DNA of 64,000 nucleotides from a virus: IMG/VR virus record IMGVR_UViG_3300045391_000822, positions 91,599 through 155,598 of that record; one strand, given 5' to 3'. Both the position numbers and the translations under genes were made by a program. Position 1 is the stretch's first letter. Every line of letters starts with the position of its first letter. Below are positions 1-8,410 of the stretch, piece by piece. The notes below the pieces were generated by a model. That model was not told the DNA's origin, searched no databases, and saw nothing but the letters and a program-made list of their open reading frames with translations.

Positions 1-15
1 AGGAACGTTGGTCAA

Positions 16-414
16 ATGAAAATCGAAAACGTCAAGAGCCTCATCGAGCACGCAGAAAAGGGTAAAGATGTTCGGGTCCTGTTGACGGACACCGATCAAA
101 CTAAATTCACCATGTGTATGCTTGCAGCTATGTCAGGGCATTCGCTTGAATCGATATACGAACAGAGCCTTACTCAGCATCAAAAAGATCACACCATGCA
201 ACTCTATGAAAGCTGGTGTGATCGGATCCAGGAGTCAGGTGGGGTTCTTCAGATCATGACCACGCTCCAAATTCCTGATCTGGAGAGTATGTTCCACGAG
301 ATGAAAGAGGCGATGGCAGTGTCAGGTGACATGATGGTGTTCGTTGTAGAGCGGTATGAACCTCGACCGAAGTGGTTCGATTTGATTCCTCAACAAGCGT
401 TGATACTGGAGTAG
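16..414 (+). CDS. hypothetical phage protein
   Basis: 132-aa ORF with upstream AGGA; first of a tightly packed + strand run. Confidence 0.7.
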   Translation: MKIENVKSLIEHAEKGKDVRVLLTDTDQTKFTMCMLAAMSGHSLESIYEQSLTQHQKDHTMQLYESWCDRIQESGGVLQIMTTLQIPDLESMFHEMKEAMAVSGDMMVFVVERYEPRPKWFDLIPQQALILE

Positions 415-417
415 GTC

Positions 418-819
418 ATGACTGTACTCATTAACGTCGCTGATATGAAACCGGAAGGTTCAGATAAAACGTATCGTCAGTTGAATATGGAGAAGACATG
501 GAACATTCCGTTGAATTCCTTAGTCAAGGAACTGAAATATAATCTGAGTACTGGTGAATACGTAGATCATCCACACGGTATGGTTTTACGGGTAGTCCGT
601 CAGGGAAGAGATTGCGATGGGACTCCCTTGTATTACCTAGGGTCGATGACCGCAGAGCGTTATGAGGAACAGATGGCCCTGATGAGAAGGGCCGTGGTAA
701 AAGTAGAAGGAGAACCTGCTATCAGTGGTCGGTATTTTGGACCACTAGTTGAAGGTGGTTACGCAGAAGAATCTTTGAAGGTGATAGCACTTCCTCACGA
801 GATAGAGGAGGACGACTAA
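418..819 (+). CDS. hypothetical phage protein
   Basis: 133-aa ORF, GGAG RBS, stop overlaps next start. Confidence 0.7.
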   Translation: MTVLINVADMKPEGSDKTYRQLNMEKTWNIPLNSLVKELKYNLSTGEYVDHPHGMVLRVVRQGRDCDGTPLYYLGSMTAERYEEQMALMRRAVVKVEGEPAISGRYFGPLVEGGYAEESLKVIALPHEIEEDD

Positions 820-1052
820 TGGATGTGCCTCAATTTAGCTACCAAATTATTCAGGACTACAATCCAGGGCGGTTGGCTATCGCAGTTAGCGAGATGCTAG
901 CCAAAGGGTATATGCTGCACGGACCTCTTATAGTTAGTGAGAAGACTACGGAGCGGACATATATCCAAGCAGTTGTCTTACCGGCGTTGAAGCCACAACC
1001 AAAGCCCAAAGCTAAGAAAGAAAAGAAAGAGGAACCAAATGAATACAGCTGA
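819..1052 (+). CDS. DUF1737-like small protein
   Basis: Pattern YQII..L...VS.ML..GY.LHG....S.....YIQAVV resembles DUF1737; Lys-rich tail. Confidence 0.55.
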   Translation: MDVPQFSYQIIQDYNPGRLAIAVSEMLAKGYMLHGPLIVSEKTTERTYIQAVVLPALKPQPKPKAKKEKKEEPNEYS

Positions 1053-1455
1053 GCTCGAAGGAGCGGTACTCAACTACTGGGTTGCACAAGTAGAACAGCT
1101 TCTGTGTAAGGTACACGTGAATCAATTTGGTGTATCGGTGGCCAGGACTAACAGAGGAGTCTACAATCCTGCAGGTATTCCGTCGGAAGGCCATCCCTTG
1201 ATGGAGCTCTACCTAATTGGAGTAGATACGTGGCAACGAGATATGTTCAGTGACAATATCTGGGCAGCTTCGTTCTCTCACCCGGTACCACACCCAGATA
1301 CAAAACGTAGTCCCAGTCATCATCGTATGCGCGGTCCACGACCGCTTGTAGCGGCGATGCGTACCTTGGTGTCTTCAAAGTATGGCGACCAGGTACCAGA
1401 AATTCCAAAAGAAGATCTTGTTATTGAAGAGCTGGATATTTTTAGGAGTAGATAA
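1039..1455 (+). CDS. DUF2591/NinX-like phage protein
   Basis: N-terminal ELEGAVLNYWVA and C-terminal GPRPLVAAMRTLVSSKYGDQV match the family pattern. Confidence 0.65.
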   Translation: MNTAELEGAVLNYWVAQVEQLLCKVHVNQFGVSVARTNRGVYNPAGIPSEGHPLMELYLIGVDTWQRDMFSDNIWAASFSHPVPHPDTKRSPSHHRMRGPRPLVAAMRTLVSSKYGDQVPEIPKEDLVIEELDIFRSR

Positions 1456-2300
1456 TGCTAGGTTGGATGAGTAAGTTTCAACAACGTGTTCAGCGATGGA
1501 TGTTCAGGGTCTTTGATGAAGAAATTGTCCTAAGTGCTGAAGAGCGTAATGAACGCTTTCTGGAAGAAGCCGTAGAGCTTGTCCAGGCGTTGAACATGAC
1601 GGAAGAACAGGCCATTCAAGTTGTGAAGTATGTATTCGGTCGTCCGAAAGGTGAGGTTCGCCAAGAAGTGGGCGGTGTCATGGTTACGCTTGCTACGCTA
1701 TGTTCCGTTCAGGGTATAAATCCCTTTACGTGCGCAGATGTAGAGATGACTCGAGTTGAAGACCCAGCGATCATGGCCAAGGTTAAGGCGAAACAAGCAC
1801 TGAAGCCGAAGTTTCGCGCAGACCGACCTGATCTTAGCTTCGAGATGACACGTGAAGAATTCATCCATCGCTTTCCGTGGGTTGACCCGACCGTTGGTAA
1901 GGAAGGTGCTGATCCGATGCGTCGCAATAGCGATCTCGATTTGAAGCCATGCGTGGTGGAGAAGCAGGGTCACGTCGCGGTCTGCACAGGATCGGTTCAT
2001 AAGGGGTTAGGTTACATTCGTCCTAGTCCTTCTGCTCACCTTGATCGTGTTGCCAATCTAGATTGGGAGCTGTTCTCGGTTTCGTCGATAGGGGTTATCG
2101 ATGGCCAGACATATCTATGGGGTATGTATGTTGAGGGCATTGGTGCGTTCAACGTTATGGTTCCCAAGGAGTTCACCCGAGAGCTTCTACCGCATGAACG
2201 CGAAGCTTGGTCCAAACAACGTATGGGAATGTATGGATCCCATTCCGATAAATTCAGCTATACAACAGGATCTGGTGTAGCACCTGTGGAAGAAGCATGA
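1455..2300 (+). CDS. MazG-like NTP pyrophosphohydrolase domain fused to an unknown C-terminal domain
   Basis: FQQRVQRW...ERNERFLEEAVELVQA...QEVGGVMVTL: all-alpha NTP-PPase EExxE/ExxG pattern; about 150-aa extension. Confidence 0.55.
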   Translation: MLGWMSKFQQRVQRWMFRVFDEEIVLSAEERNERFLEEAVELVQALNMTEEQAIQVVKYVFGRPKGEVRQEVGGVMVTLATLCSVQGINPFTCADVEMTRVEDPAIMAKVKAKQALKPKFRADRPDLSFEMTREEFIHRFPWVDPTVGKEGADPMRRNSDLDLKPCVVEKQGHVAVCTGSVHKGLGYIRPSPSAHLDRVANLDWELFSVSSIGVIDGQTYLWGMYVEGIGAFNVMVPKEFTRELLPHEREAWSKQRMGMYGSHSDKFSYTTGSGVAPVEEA

Positions 2301-2458
2301 AGTACTATCTGTTCTCTCTAGTCCTGATAGGTATAGGATATGCCCTGCAACGACGTGAGCACATAAGCCTAGGTGGCGTGTGTATTGCAATCGGATCAGG
2401 TATCCTCTTAGGTGCAGTAGCAGGTGACGTTATCATCTATTTCGTAACTTCAGTTTAG
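2297..2458 (+). CDS. small two-TM membrane protein (not in ORF track)
   Basis: Translated by hand: MKYYLFSLVLIGIGYALQRREHISLGGVCIAIGSGILLGAVAGDVIIYFVTSV*; ATGA overlap with upstream stop; fills the gap exactly. Confidence 0.65.
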   Translation: MKYYLFSLVLIGIGYALQRREHISLGGVCIAIGSGILLGAVAGDVIIYFVTSV

Positions 2459-2467
2459 GAACTGACC

Positions 2468-2695
2468 ATGATCTTCAGTGTAGGTTTGATACTACTCCTC
2501 GCAGGATTCATTCTGGTGTACACAGAAGTTAATTCCCCAACTCCGAAAAGACAGAGGGTGCTGGTACCTCCTATAAAGTATCTTACCGAAGAGCCGGAAC
2601 CGGTTCCGGCTGTAGTAGGCGTGGTAGCATTTGCGCTAGGTATCCTGCTGATGTCCATATCATTGATAATAGTGGCACTGCACTATCTTCCATAG
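2468..2695 (+). CDS. small two-TM membrane protein
   Basis: Two hydrophobic stretches; AGGA RBS. Confidence 0.65.
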   Translation: MIFSVGLILLLAGFILVYTEVNSPTPKRQRVLVPPIKYLTEEPEPVPAVVGVVAFALGILLMSISLIIVALHYLP

Positions 2696-2704
2696 GAGAA
2701 CACG

Positions 2705-2995
2705 ATGTACGTTATGTCAGATAAGGAGTTCGCAGCGCGTATCAAAGAGGTAGCGTCTGACCTCGAGCTAGGTACGTTAACTCGAAACGAGTTCTGCATT
2801 CTCCTACGAGACACCTTAGTAAAATCCTACGAAACTGTTGATAGTGGTGCTGAAGTCCTTCTTAAGGACATCGAGAACATGAGCCAGGTTGAAGCAGTGA
2901 AATTCATACGAGGAAAGACGAGTTTGAGTCTTCGGGAATCACTTGATTACTTCAATCGGCTGACCAATAGCCAGAAATGGAACGTTGTTCGATAA
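2705..2995 (+). CDS. hypothetical protein with ribosomal bL12 (L7/L12) C-terminal-like motif
   Basis: VEAVKFIRGKTSLSLRESLDYF resembles the bL12 IxxIKxVRxxTGLGLKEAKxxV motif; AGGAG RBS. Confidence 0.45.
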   Translation: MYVMSDKEFAARIKEVASDLELGTLTRNEFCILLRDTLVKSYETVDSGAEVLLKDIENMSQVEAVKFIRGKTSLSLRESLDYFNRLTNSQKWNVVR

Positions 2996-3521
2996 GGGGT
3001 TACTTGTGGTAGATCAAGTTGCTGAAACTGTTGTACTTGTTGAAGTACGGTCGTTGATGTGGAAAGATCAAGTTATAGTTCCTGCCGGATATCGATTCGT
3101 GAATTGCCGATTCGATGGTTGTACCTTTGTAGGTAAAGGTGGTGAGTTCATCAACTGCGAGATTAATACTCACCTACTGCCTGAGTTCAATGGACAGCTC
3201 TACAGAGCCATGCTTTCCTGGCGAGAAATTGATCTCGGTGATGTTGACTACGCGTCTGCGGTAGCTGAAGTTCGACAGATGCAAGGAATATACGAAGCGA
3301 TAAGGCGAGTCTTCGTCAGCAAGGTAAAGCAAGCACAGGTTCTTTCGTTTCATGAGCAGATTACGTTGAAGATGAAACGTGCTGAATTCGAAGCCTGGTT
3401 CTTTCCTCCGATGGTCACCGAGCAGATGATTGCGTTTGAAGATGGCCATTACCTGAACCCAGTGACTGAAGGTGCCTGGCGAGAATGGCTAAACAACAAC
3501 GCCTACAAGGCGATACATTGA
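2985..3521 (+). CDS. hypothetical protein (short pentapeptide-like FxNC repeats)
   Basis: RFVNCRFDGCTF..EFINC; start uncertain. Confidence 0.6.
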   Translation: MFDKGLLVVDQVAETVVLVEVRSLMWKDQVIVPAGYRFVNCRFDGCTFVGKGGEFINCEINTHLLPEFNGQLYRAMLSWREIDLGDVDYASAVAEVRQMQGIYEAIRRVFVSKVKQAQVLSFHEQITLKMKRAEFEAWFFPPMVTEQMIAFEDGHYLNPVTEGAWREWLNNNAYKAIH

Positions 3522-3535
3522 TCAACGGTGGTTAA

Positions 3536-4036
3536 ATGGGGCTCGGAAAGCTTATGGGGACATTCGACTACGTGAATTTTGGTAAGGTCATGCCTGATGG
3601 ATTCACTATCCGTGATGCGCAAACTAAGGACCTAGATTGTGATTTTCGTACCTATAGGTTGGTACCTCGCACAGACATAATAGATCACCCGTACCTACAG
3701 TTGGTAGTAGACACTCTTGATTTTGGGAAAGAAGGTCTTCCTAAGACAACGAAAGACCAGGACTATACGGGAAGTCTTTACTTCTACGGTGATGGCTTCA
3801 AGGAGAACGAGAAAGAATTTCTTTCTTGCTATGCTCTGTTCCATCGAGGCCACCTGCTGAAAATCTTTGTGCATCGCTTCGGAACAGCACCAGAATATCT
3901 GCTGATGGGTGAGCTTTCCGAATTCAATTCGTTGGAAGCCTCGTTAGAGGATGGTAGTATGCTCTTGGCAACCAAAATGGAACTCGAGAAAAAGAGCTAC
4001 GAATTTTATAGTCCAGGTCTTATACCAGGACCGTAG
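3536..4036 (+). CDS. hypothetical phage protein
   Basis: 166-aa ORF in co-oriented run. Confidence 0.65.
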   Translation: MGLGKLMGTFDYVNFGKVMPDGFTIRDAQTKDLDCDFRTYRLVPRTDIIDHPYLQLVVDTLDFGKEGLPKTTKDQDYTGSLYFYGDGFKENEKEFLSCYALFHRGHLLKIFVHRFGTAPEYLLMGELSEFNSLEASLEDGSMLLATKMELEKKSYEFYSPGLIPGP

Positions 4037-4046
4037 TTCGTAGGAT

Positions 4047-4265
4047 TTGGTTATGACGCAGCGCCTTACCCTGATACTCATGTCAGTAGTTGTACTCTGC
4101 GGAGTATTTCTTAAACCCCAATCGATAGATACGGCTCTCTTCTTCTGGGTAGTCACTCTATTGATGTTCAAACATAGCGATAGACTCGACAAGGAATCAA
4201 CTCCTTTGGACAAGGTGCTATTGGTTGCGCTCATCATGGCAACCCTTAAGAGTCTGTTGGCCTAG
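4047..4265 (+). CDS. small membrane protein
   Basis: Three short hydrophobic segments. Confidence 0.55.
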   Translation: MVMTQRLTLILMSVVVLCGVFLKPQSIDTALFFWVVTLLMFKHSDRLDKESTPLDKVLLVALIMATLKSLLA

Positions 4266-4277
4266 GCAAGGATACCA

Positions 4278-4775
4278 GTGTACGTAATTCGGAAAGCTTC
4301 ATCGAAGCCCAAGGTTAAAACCTTTGCAAAGATGTATGGTACAGGTAATCCGTACCAGCAGGAACAGATAAAGAAACCTGAGCCACCTAAAGTGGACTTC
4401 GCACCAAGGACTATCATTCGTATCGAGCATCCAGTATCAGGCAAAGGTCCGTTTACTCATGACGGCGGAAGATTGGGGTTTCCGTCTGATGCGATGAACG
4501 TGATGAAAGAACCGCAGGAGTTCGGAGTGTCTGCTCTGCAACATGGTGCTGGTTGGCATTATGCGTTTACCGATAGCATGGCCATGATGAGGGCGGTACG
4601 CTCTCTGGTGTCACTACGACAGTATGGATTCCATATCCAAGCATTGGAATCCAAGGAACATATAGTTCTTCCTGATGGACAGGTGGCGTTCATCAAGGAT
4701 AAGTCAACTGTATCGGTATCCCTTCCGATACACGAATTCCCGTTTGAAGATTACTGTGGAGACGTAGATGAGTGA
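4278..4775 (+). CDS. hypothetical phage protein
   Basis: 165 aa, GTG start with AAGGA RBS; RIEH..GKGPF motif. Confidence 0.65.
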   Translation: MYVIRKASSKPKVKTFAKMYGTGNPYQQEQIKKPEPPKVDFAPRTIIRIEHPVSGKGPFTHDGGRLGFPSDAMNVMKEPQEFGVSALQHGAGWHYAFTDSMAMMRAVRSLVSLRQYGFHIQALESKEHIVLPDGQVAFIKDKSTVSVSLPIHEFPFEDYCGDVDE

Positions 4776-5187
4776 CGAGAAATCTATATCATATAAGGCG
4801 CCGGCGTATGCACTGATCTTTCCGCGCATTGCTGAGATTGTGCGTCCTATGGGATACGCGGCGGCCATTCATGGAAGCATGGCTAACGATATGGATGTGG
4901 TGCTTGTCCCGTGGGTCGAGGCTGCAGAGCAGCCAGAGATCGTCATCAAGGTCGTCTACGAGATGATTGAAACGTGTTTTGCAGAACGACGTCTTCCCCT
5001 TCATGGACCGGAACGTAAACCACATGGGCGTATTGCTTGGACCATTCCTCTGCTTGCCGGGTGCGCGATAGATCTTAGTATCGTTACTCCGCTTCGCTTG
5101 GAAGTTCCGGCCCTGATAAACCGACATCGAGTCGAAGCGTATGCAGAAGGCTATGCAGAAGGACGTAAGCTGTATGGTGGATCATGA
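4768..5187 (+). CDS. minimal nucleotidyltransferase-like protein
   Basis: YAAAIHGSMANDMDVVLVPW fits the hGS..DxD Pol-beta-type NTase motif; third acidic residue in AIDLS. Confidence 0.5.
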   Translation: MSDEKSISYKAPAYALIFPRIAEIVRPMGYAAAIHGSMANDMDVVLVPWVEAAEQPEIVIKVVYEMIETCFAERRLPLHGPERKPHGRIAWTIPLLAGCAIDLSIVTPLRLEVPALINRHRVEAYAEGYAEGRKLYGGS

Positions 5188-5232
5188 ACTTAAGGATAAC
5201 CAATAGGTAGTAAGCCCCTTAGCAAGTCCAAG

Positions 5233-5270
5233 AAGAAGGCCCTGTAGATCAACGTCTACAGGGCCTTCTT
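5233..5270. terminator. bidirectional intrinsic terminator
   Basis: Perfect 16-bp inverted repeat AAGAAGGCCCTGTAGA-N6-TCTACAGGGCCTTCTT between convergent gene blocks. Confidence 0.8.
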
Positions 5271-5300
5271 GCGTTTCCGCCTGATTTTTACCGACTAGGT

Positions 5301-5564
5301 TTAGCCAAGCATTCCCAGGAATTTCAAGGCCAGCACGACGGCCACAGCACCAGCGATAGCACTGTAGGCAACAACGGCCCACGGCTTGCGCTTGGCAGCG
5401 GCTTCAATCGCGTCCTTCTTGGCTTGATATTCAGCTTCGAGTTTAGCCTTAGCTTGGTCGACAGCGGCTTGTCCAGCTGCGTCTAGGATGGTGTTGGACA
5501 CAGTCGAAGTACCTGTGGTGGCAGGAGTTGCAGCGGGGGTAGGGGCAGAAGTTTGATCAGCCAT
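5301..5564 (-). CDS. tail-anchored membrane protein (ElaB/YqjD/DUF883-like architecture)
   Basis: Ala-rich helix then RKPWAVVAYSAIAGAVAVVLALK C-terminal TM; start moved to ATG 5564 (GGAG RBS). Confidence 0.55.
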   Translation of the reverse strand: MADQTSAPTPAATPATTGTSTVSNTILDAAGQAAVDQAKAKLEAEYQAKKDAIEAAAKRKPWAVVAYSAIAGAVAVVLALKFLGMLG

Positions 5565-5600
5565 GATTTTCTCCAAGAGGCACGCAGATTAGCGGCTCCA

Positions 5601-5608
5601 TAAAATTG
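5601..5608 (-). promoter_or_regulatory. putative late promoter motif CAATTTTA
   Basis: Same octamer recurs, correctly oriented, in intergenic gaps upstream of structural gene blocks. Confidence 0.5.
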
Positions 5609-5629
5609 CTTACATCGTAGAGTAGGTAA

Positions 5630-5659
5630 CGGGAGTGTCTTAACCTACCGACACTCCCG
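5630..5659 (-). terminator. stem-loop downstream of fibre operon
   Basis: 10-bp inverted repeat CGGGAGTGTC-N10-GACACTCCCG just after the stop at 5673; weak U-tract. Confidence 0.5.
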
Positions 5660-5672
5660 CCCCTTTAATCAC

Positions 5673-6095
5673 CTACACATCATAGTTGTTTGAACCATAA
5701 CACTGAAGGCGTAGTACACTATAAGAAGTTGATGTGAGGGTACCGTTGATCGATACGCCTGAGCCTGCGGCAATCGTCAACGTGGTTAACACACCAGGTA
5801 GGTAACGTATCAGGAGATATTCACCAGGGTTCATAAGACCTGGCGGCACCGTAACCGTCATTGAGTTTGAGGCACAACGAAGGTAACCGAAGATATGGGC
5901 AGCAGTAAGAGTGAAGCTAGAAGTGAACGTCGTAAACGTCCTCATCTGGCGTACCTCGAATACAGTACCGTCAACCTTCTTAATGTAGGCGCCACCATCA
6001 GCACACTGCTGAGCCCATTGTCCTTGAGTCATTGCCGAAGGGGTTGGGCGAATACCACTGGTTGAAGTATTCCAATGGATGAGCTTTGCTGGCAT
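5673..6095 (-). CDS. putative fibre-associated virion protein
   Basis: N-terminus AKLIHWNTST..P parallels the adjacent 6107-7063 protein; beta-rich C-terminus. Confidence 0.55.
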   Translation of the reverse strand: MPAKLIHWNTSTSGIRPTPSAMTQGQWAQQCADGGAYIKKVDGTVFEVRQMRTFTTFTSSFTLTAAHIFGYLRCASNSMTVTVPPGLMNPGEYLLIRYLPGVLTTLTIAAGSGVSINGTLTSTSYSVLRLQCYGSNNYDV

Positions 6096-6106
6096 GGTAG
6101 CTCTCC

Positions 6107-7063
6107 TTAGAACGTACCCTCATTCAGCGTGAGGTTGTTGACATCAACGGCGATAGTGCCAGACGTTACGGTAAGGCCGGAACCAATCTGCACGATACCT
6201 TGAGCAGAAGTGGTAGCGACAGGAAGGTTTGCAGCAGGCAATGCAGATACCCAGGTAGGGGTTCCAGAGGAATTGGTAGTCAACACAAGGCTGTTACCAC
6301 TCGATGCACCTAGACGGGCTGCCACAAAGGTGCCGCTGGCAATATCAGTGGCACCTAGAACGATAGCACCAGTACGACCAGCGACAGAAGTCACTGCATC
6401 TTGCGCATCAACACGTGACCACGCCGTCCCATCAGAAAGCAGCCAGTCACCTACCTCGAGAGGAACAGGAGAGCCAGTACCTGGAGTGTAGGTACCTGCA
6501 ACCGAAGTCACGTAGTACCAACCTTTGTTGCCTGAAGCAGCGGCCGGAACAGCAGGGGTGTTGGTAGAGGCGTTGTAGACGCTCTGAAAGTTCACACCAC
6601 CCAGGATGGAGTCAGGTAGGTATGAGGTTGGGAGCTTGGAGTCAGAGCCAAGCGGAGCAACACCGTTGGCGGCACCTATCTGCGTGGTTGCCACCGCCGA
6701 GATAGCGGTACGAACAGCTGCAGCGTCAGCAGCACCAAAGATAGTTGCACCAATAGTGGATGCACCAAGAGTTGTCTGCGCAGCACCTGCGGAGGCCGCA
6801 GTGAACAGGGCACTTCCGACAGTGGTTGCGCCCAGGTTGGCAGGGGTAAGAGTTACCGCACCAGCACCATTAGGTGATTGTGCGTTAACAGATTTCACCG
6901 TACCGTAGTTAGCATCACCTACGACAACGACGTTGCCTGATGAGCTATCGATAATGAACAGCTTGCGGTCGGCATGGTTAATAGCAATCTGTCCTACTAC
7001 CAGGTTGGCTGGCAGTGGTACAGCACTAGCAGTGGTTGAGTTGTAATGAATAAGCTTGGCCAT
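6107..7063 (-). CDS. fibre/whisker protein with Mtd_N-like N-terminal domain
   Basis: PANLVVGQIAINHADRKLFI; VxSVxG(R/Q)TG repeats; domain shared with 60046-61302 and 61311-64000; ends EGTF. Confidence 0.7.
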   Translation of the reverse strand: MAKLIHYNSTTASAVPLPANLVVGQIAINHADRKLFIIDSSSGNVVVVGDANYGTVKSVNAQSPNGAGAVTLTPANLGATTVGSALFTAASAGAAQTTLGASTIGATIFGAADAAAVRTAISAVATTQIGAANGVAPLGSDSKLPTSYLPDSILGGVNFQSVYNASTNTPAVPAAASGNKGWYYVTSVAGTYTPGTGSPVPLEVGDWLLSDGTAWSRVDAQDAVTSVAGRTGAIVLGATDIASGTFVAARLGASSGNSLVLTTNSSGTPTWVSALPAANLPVATTSAQGIVQIGSGLTVTSGTIAVDVNNLTLNEGTF

Positions 7064-7065
7064 GA

Positions 7066-7602
7066 TTAACTCCCATAAGTACCTTCGGTAAGTGTCTGTA
7101 GATTAAGATCGGACCAGTTAAGGCTCTTTCTCACATACGCTAGACCGTCGTTGGGAGCATCGGCGATGCCGCCACCCCCTCCAGTCTTCAGCGATATCAC
7201 GCAGAACGTGTCGTTGGTTTGAGAAGGGGTAGTCAGGACAATGCTTGATCCTGATTGGGTGTACGCAGTAATTTGTGCCGCATTTCGGTACACCCGCGGC
7301 GTTTGAAGACCTGCGGTTGGGAGCACCGTGGTTCCTGCATTTGGTGCCCAGCAGTAAACAATGGCTGCATCAAAAATAAGATCGGATAGTGTAAGGTAAG
7401 GCAGAACTCGACGCCAGGTTCCCATAGTGCCTACCATGAACAAGCCATTGACATAGGTCCCTACGTCTTTGACAAGTGCCACAGCAGGATAAACACCAGT
7501 TGAACCTGGAGTCAGATCGTCTACTACCGGAGCAGACTGCAATACCTGAGCACCACTACCCTGCGCCATCGTTATCGGATAGTACAAGACTTTTTCTATC
7601 AT
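7066..7602 (-). CDS. virion protein with fibritin foldon-like trimerisation motif
   Basis: GIADAPNDGLAYVRKSLNW matches T4 foldon [20 protein letters not shown]. Confidence 0.65.
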   Translation of the reverse strand: MIEKVLYYPITMAQGSGAQVLQSAPVVDDLTPGSTGVYPAVALVKDVGTYVNGLFMVGTMGTWRRVLPYLTLSDLIFDAAIVYCWAPNAGTTVLPTAGLQTPRVYRNAAQITAYTQSGSSIVLTTPSQTNDTFCVISLKTGGGGGIADAPNDGLAYVRKSLNWSDLNLQTLTEGTYGS

Positions 7603-7685
7603 AGCTTCTCCTTGGTGTCAGGAGGGAAGGGCTATGATTCACTGCTGACCAATCGATGATGGTCAATCTTTGCCCCTGGAGACTT

Positions 7686-8360
7686 CTAGTCCACAGTAGA
7701 CATATTCCGTTGGAAGAACCGTGTCTTCATTGCGCTTTCAAAAGGTAGAATCGATGCTGAACGCCATACATCTTTGATTGCAGAAGACCTACCTATGAGG
7801 ATCAACAGGTTATGGGATTCACGTATATCCTCGTACTGAGATACGACCTCGGCAGGCACTTCATAGATATCCTTGCCTTGGACGTAGATGAATCGCGTTT
7901 CGTATTTCTGCGATAAGGATTGCCACAGCCTGTTAGCGGCAGGAGTTTGGAGTCCACTAGACAGGAAACAAACGTCACTGTCCAACGCCCATTGGTATAG
8001 GCTCTTAGCAATGCCGCGCCCTTGGTACTCTAGAGATACTGCCATATGTGGTGTCCATACCTTTCCTCGGAGTAGGGCAGTGCCAGGTTCTAACTCTAGT
8101 ATGGTGACCACGTTGGTTGTACCGGGTTCAGCAAGATAGACGAATTTCGATTTACGGGAATCTCCGTCTAGCTTCCGATCGAACGCGTAAAGGTCTAGTC
8201 CTTGGATTTCAGTAGTAGGTGCAGGCTTAGGATTCAATCTTGCCAGGGCAGAAGACGCCTTTCTCAGGTCTTTCAACACCGACCAATTCGATTTCCAGGG
8301 ACCGATTTCGATAGCATCGATTTCAGTTACGGCTAGAACGCGTTCAGCTATTGCGCTCAT
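7686..8360 (-). CDS. GNAT-family acetyltransferase-like protein with shared N-terminal tag
   Basis: AVSLEYQGRGIAKSLY = GNAT motif A (QxxGxA); QTPAANRLW; begins MSAIAERVLA. Confidence 0.65.
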   Translation of the reverse strand: MSAIAERVLAVTEIDAIEIGPWKSNWSVLKDLRKASSALARLNPKPAPTTEIQGLDLYAFDRKLDGDSRKSKFVYLAEPGTTNVVTILELEPGTALLRGKVWTPHMAVSLEYQGRGIAKSLYQWALDSDVCFLSSGLQTPAANRLWQSLSQKYETRFIYVQGKDIYEVPAEVVSQYEDIRESHNLLILIGRSSAIKDVWRSASILPFESAMKTRFFQRNMSTVD

Positions 8361-8410
8361 TGGTGTTCCTTTTTCTTCTTAGTTAAGTCACCGACATGCG
8401 ATGTACTACT

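Noticed and set aside
4001-4010. GAATTTTATA as another late promoter
   Set aside because: Inside a coding region of the accessory block, lacks the 5' C, and is easily explained by codons (EFY)
6107-7063. Mtd_N-like domain suggesting a diversity-generating retroelement target
   Set aside because: Only the N-terminal structural domain is present; no C-type lectin variable region, TR/VR pair or RT in the window
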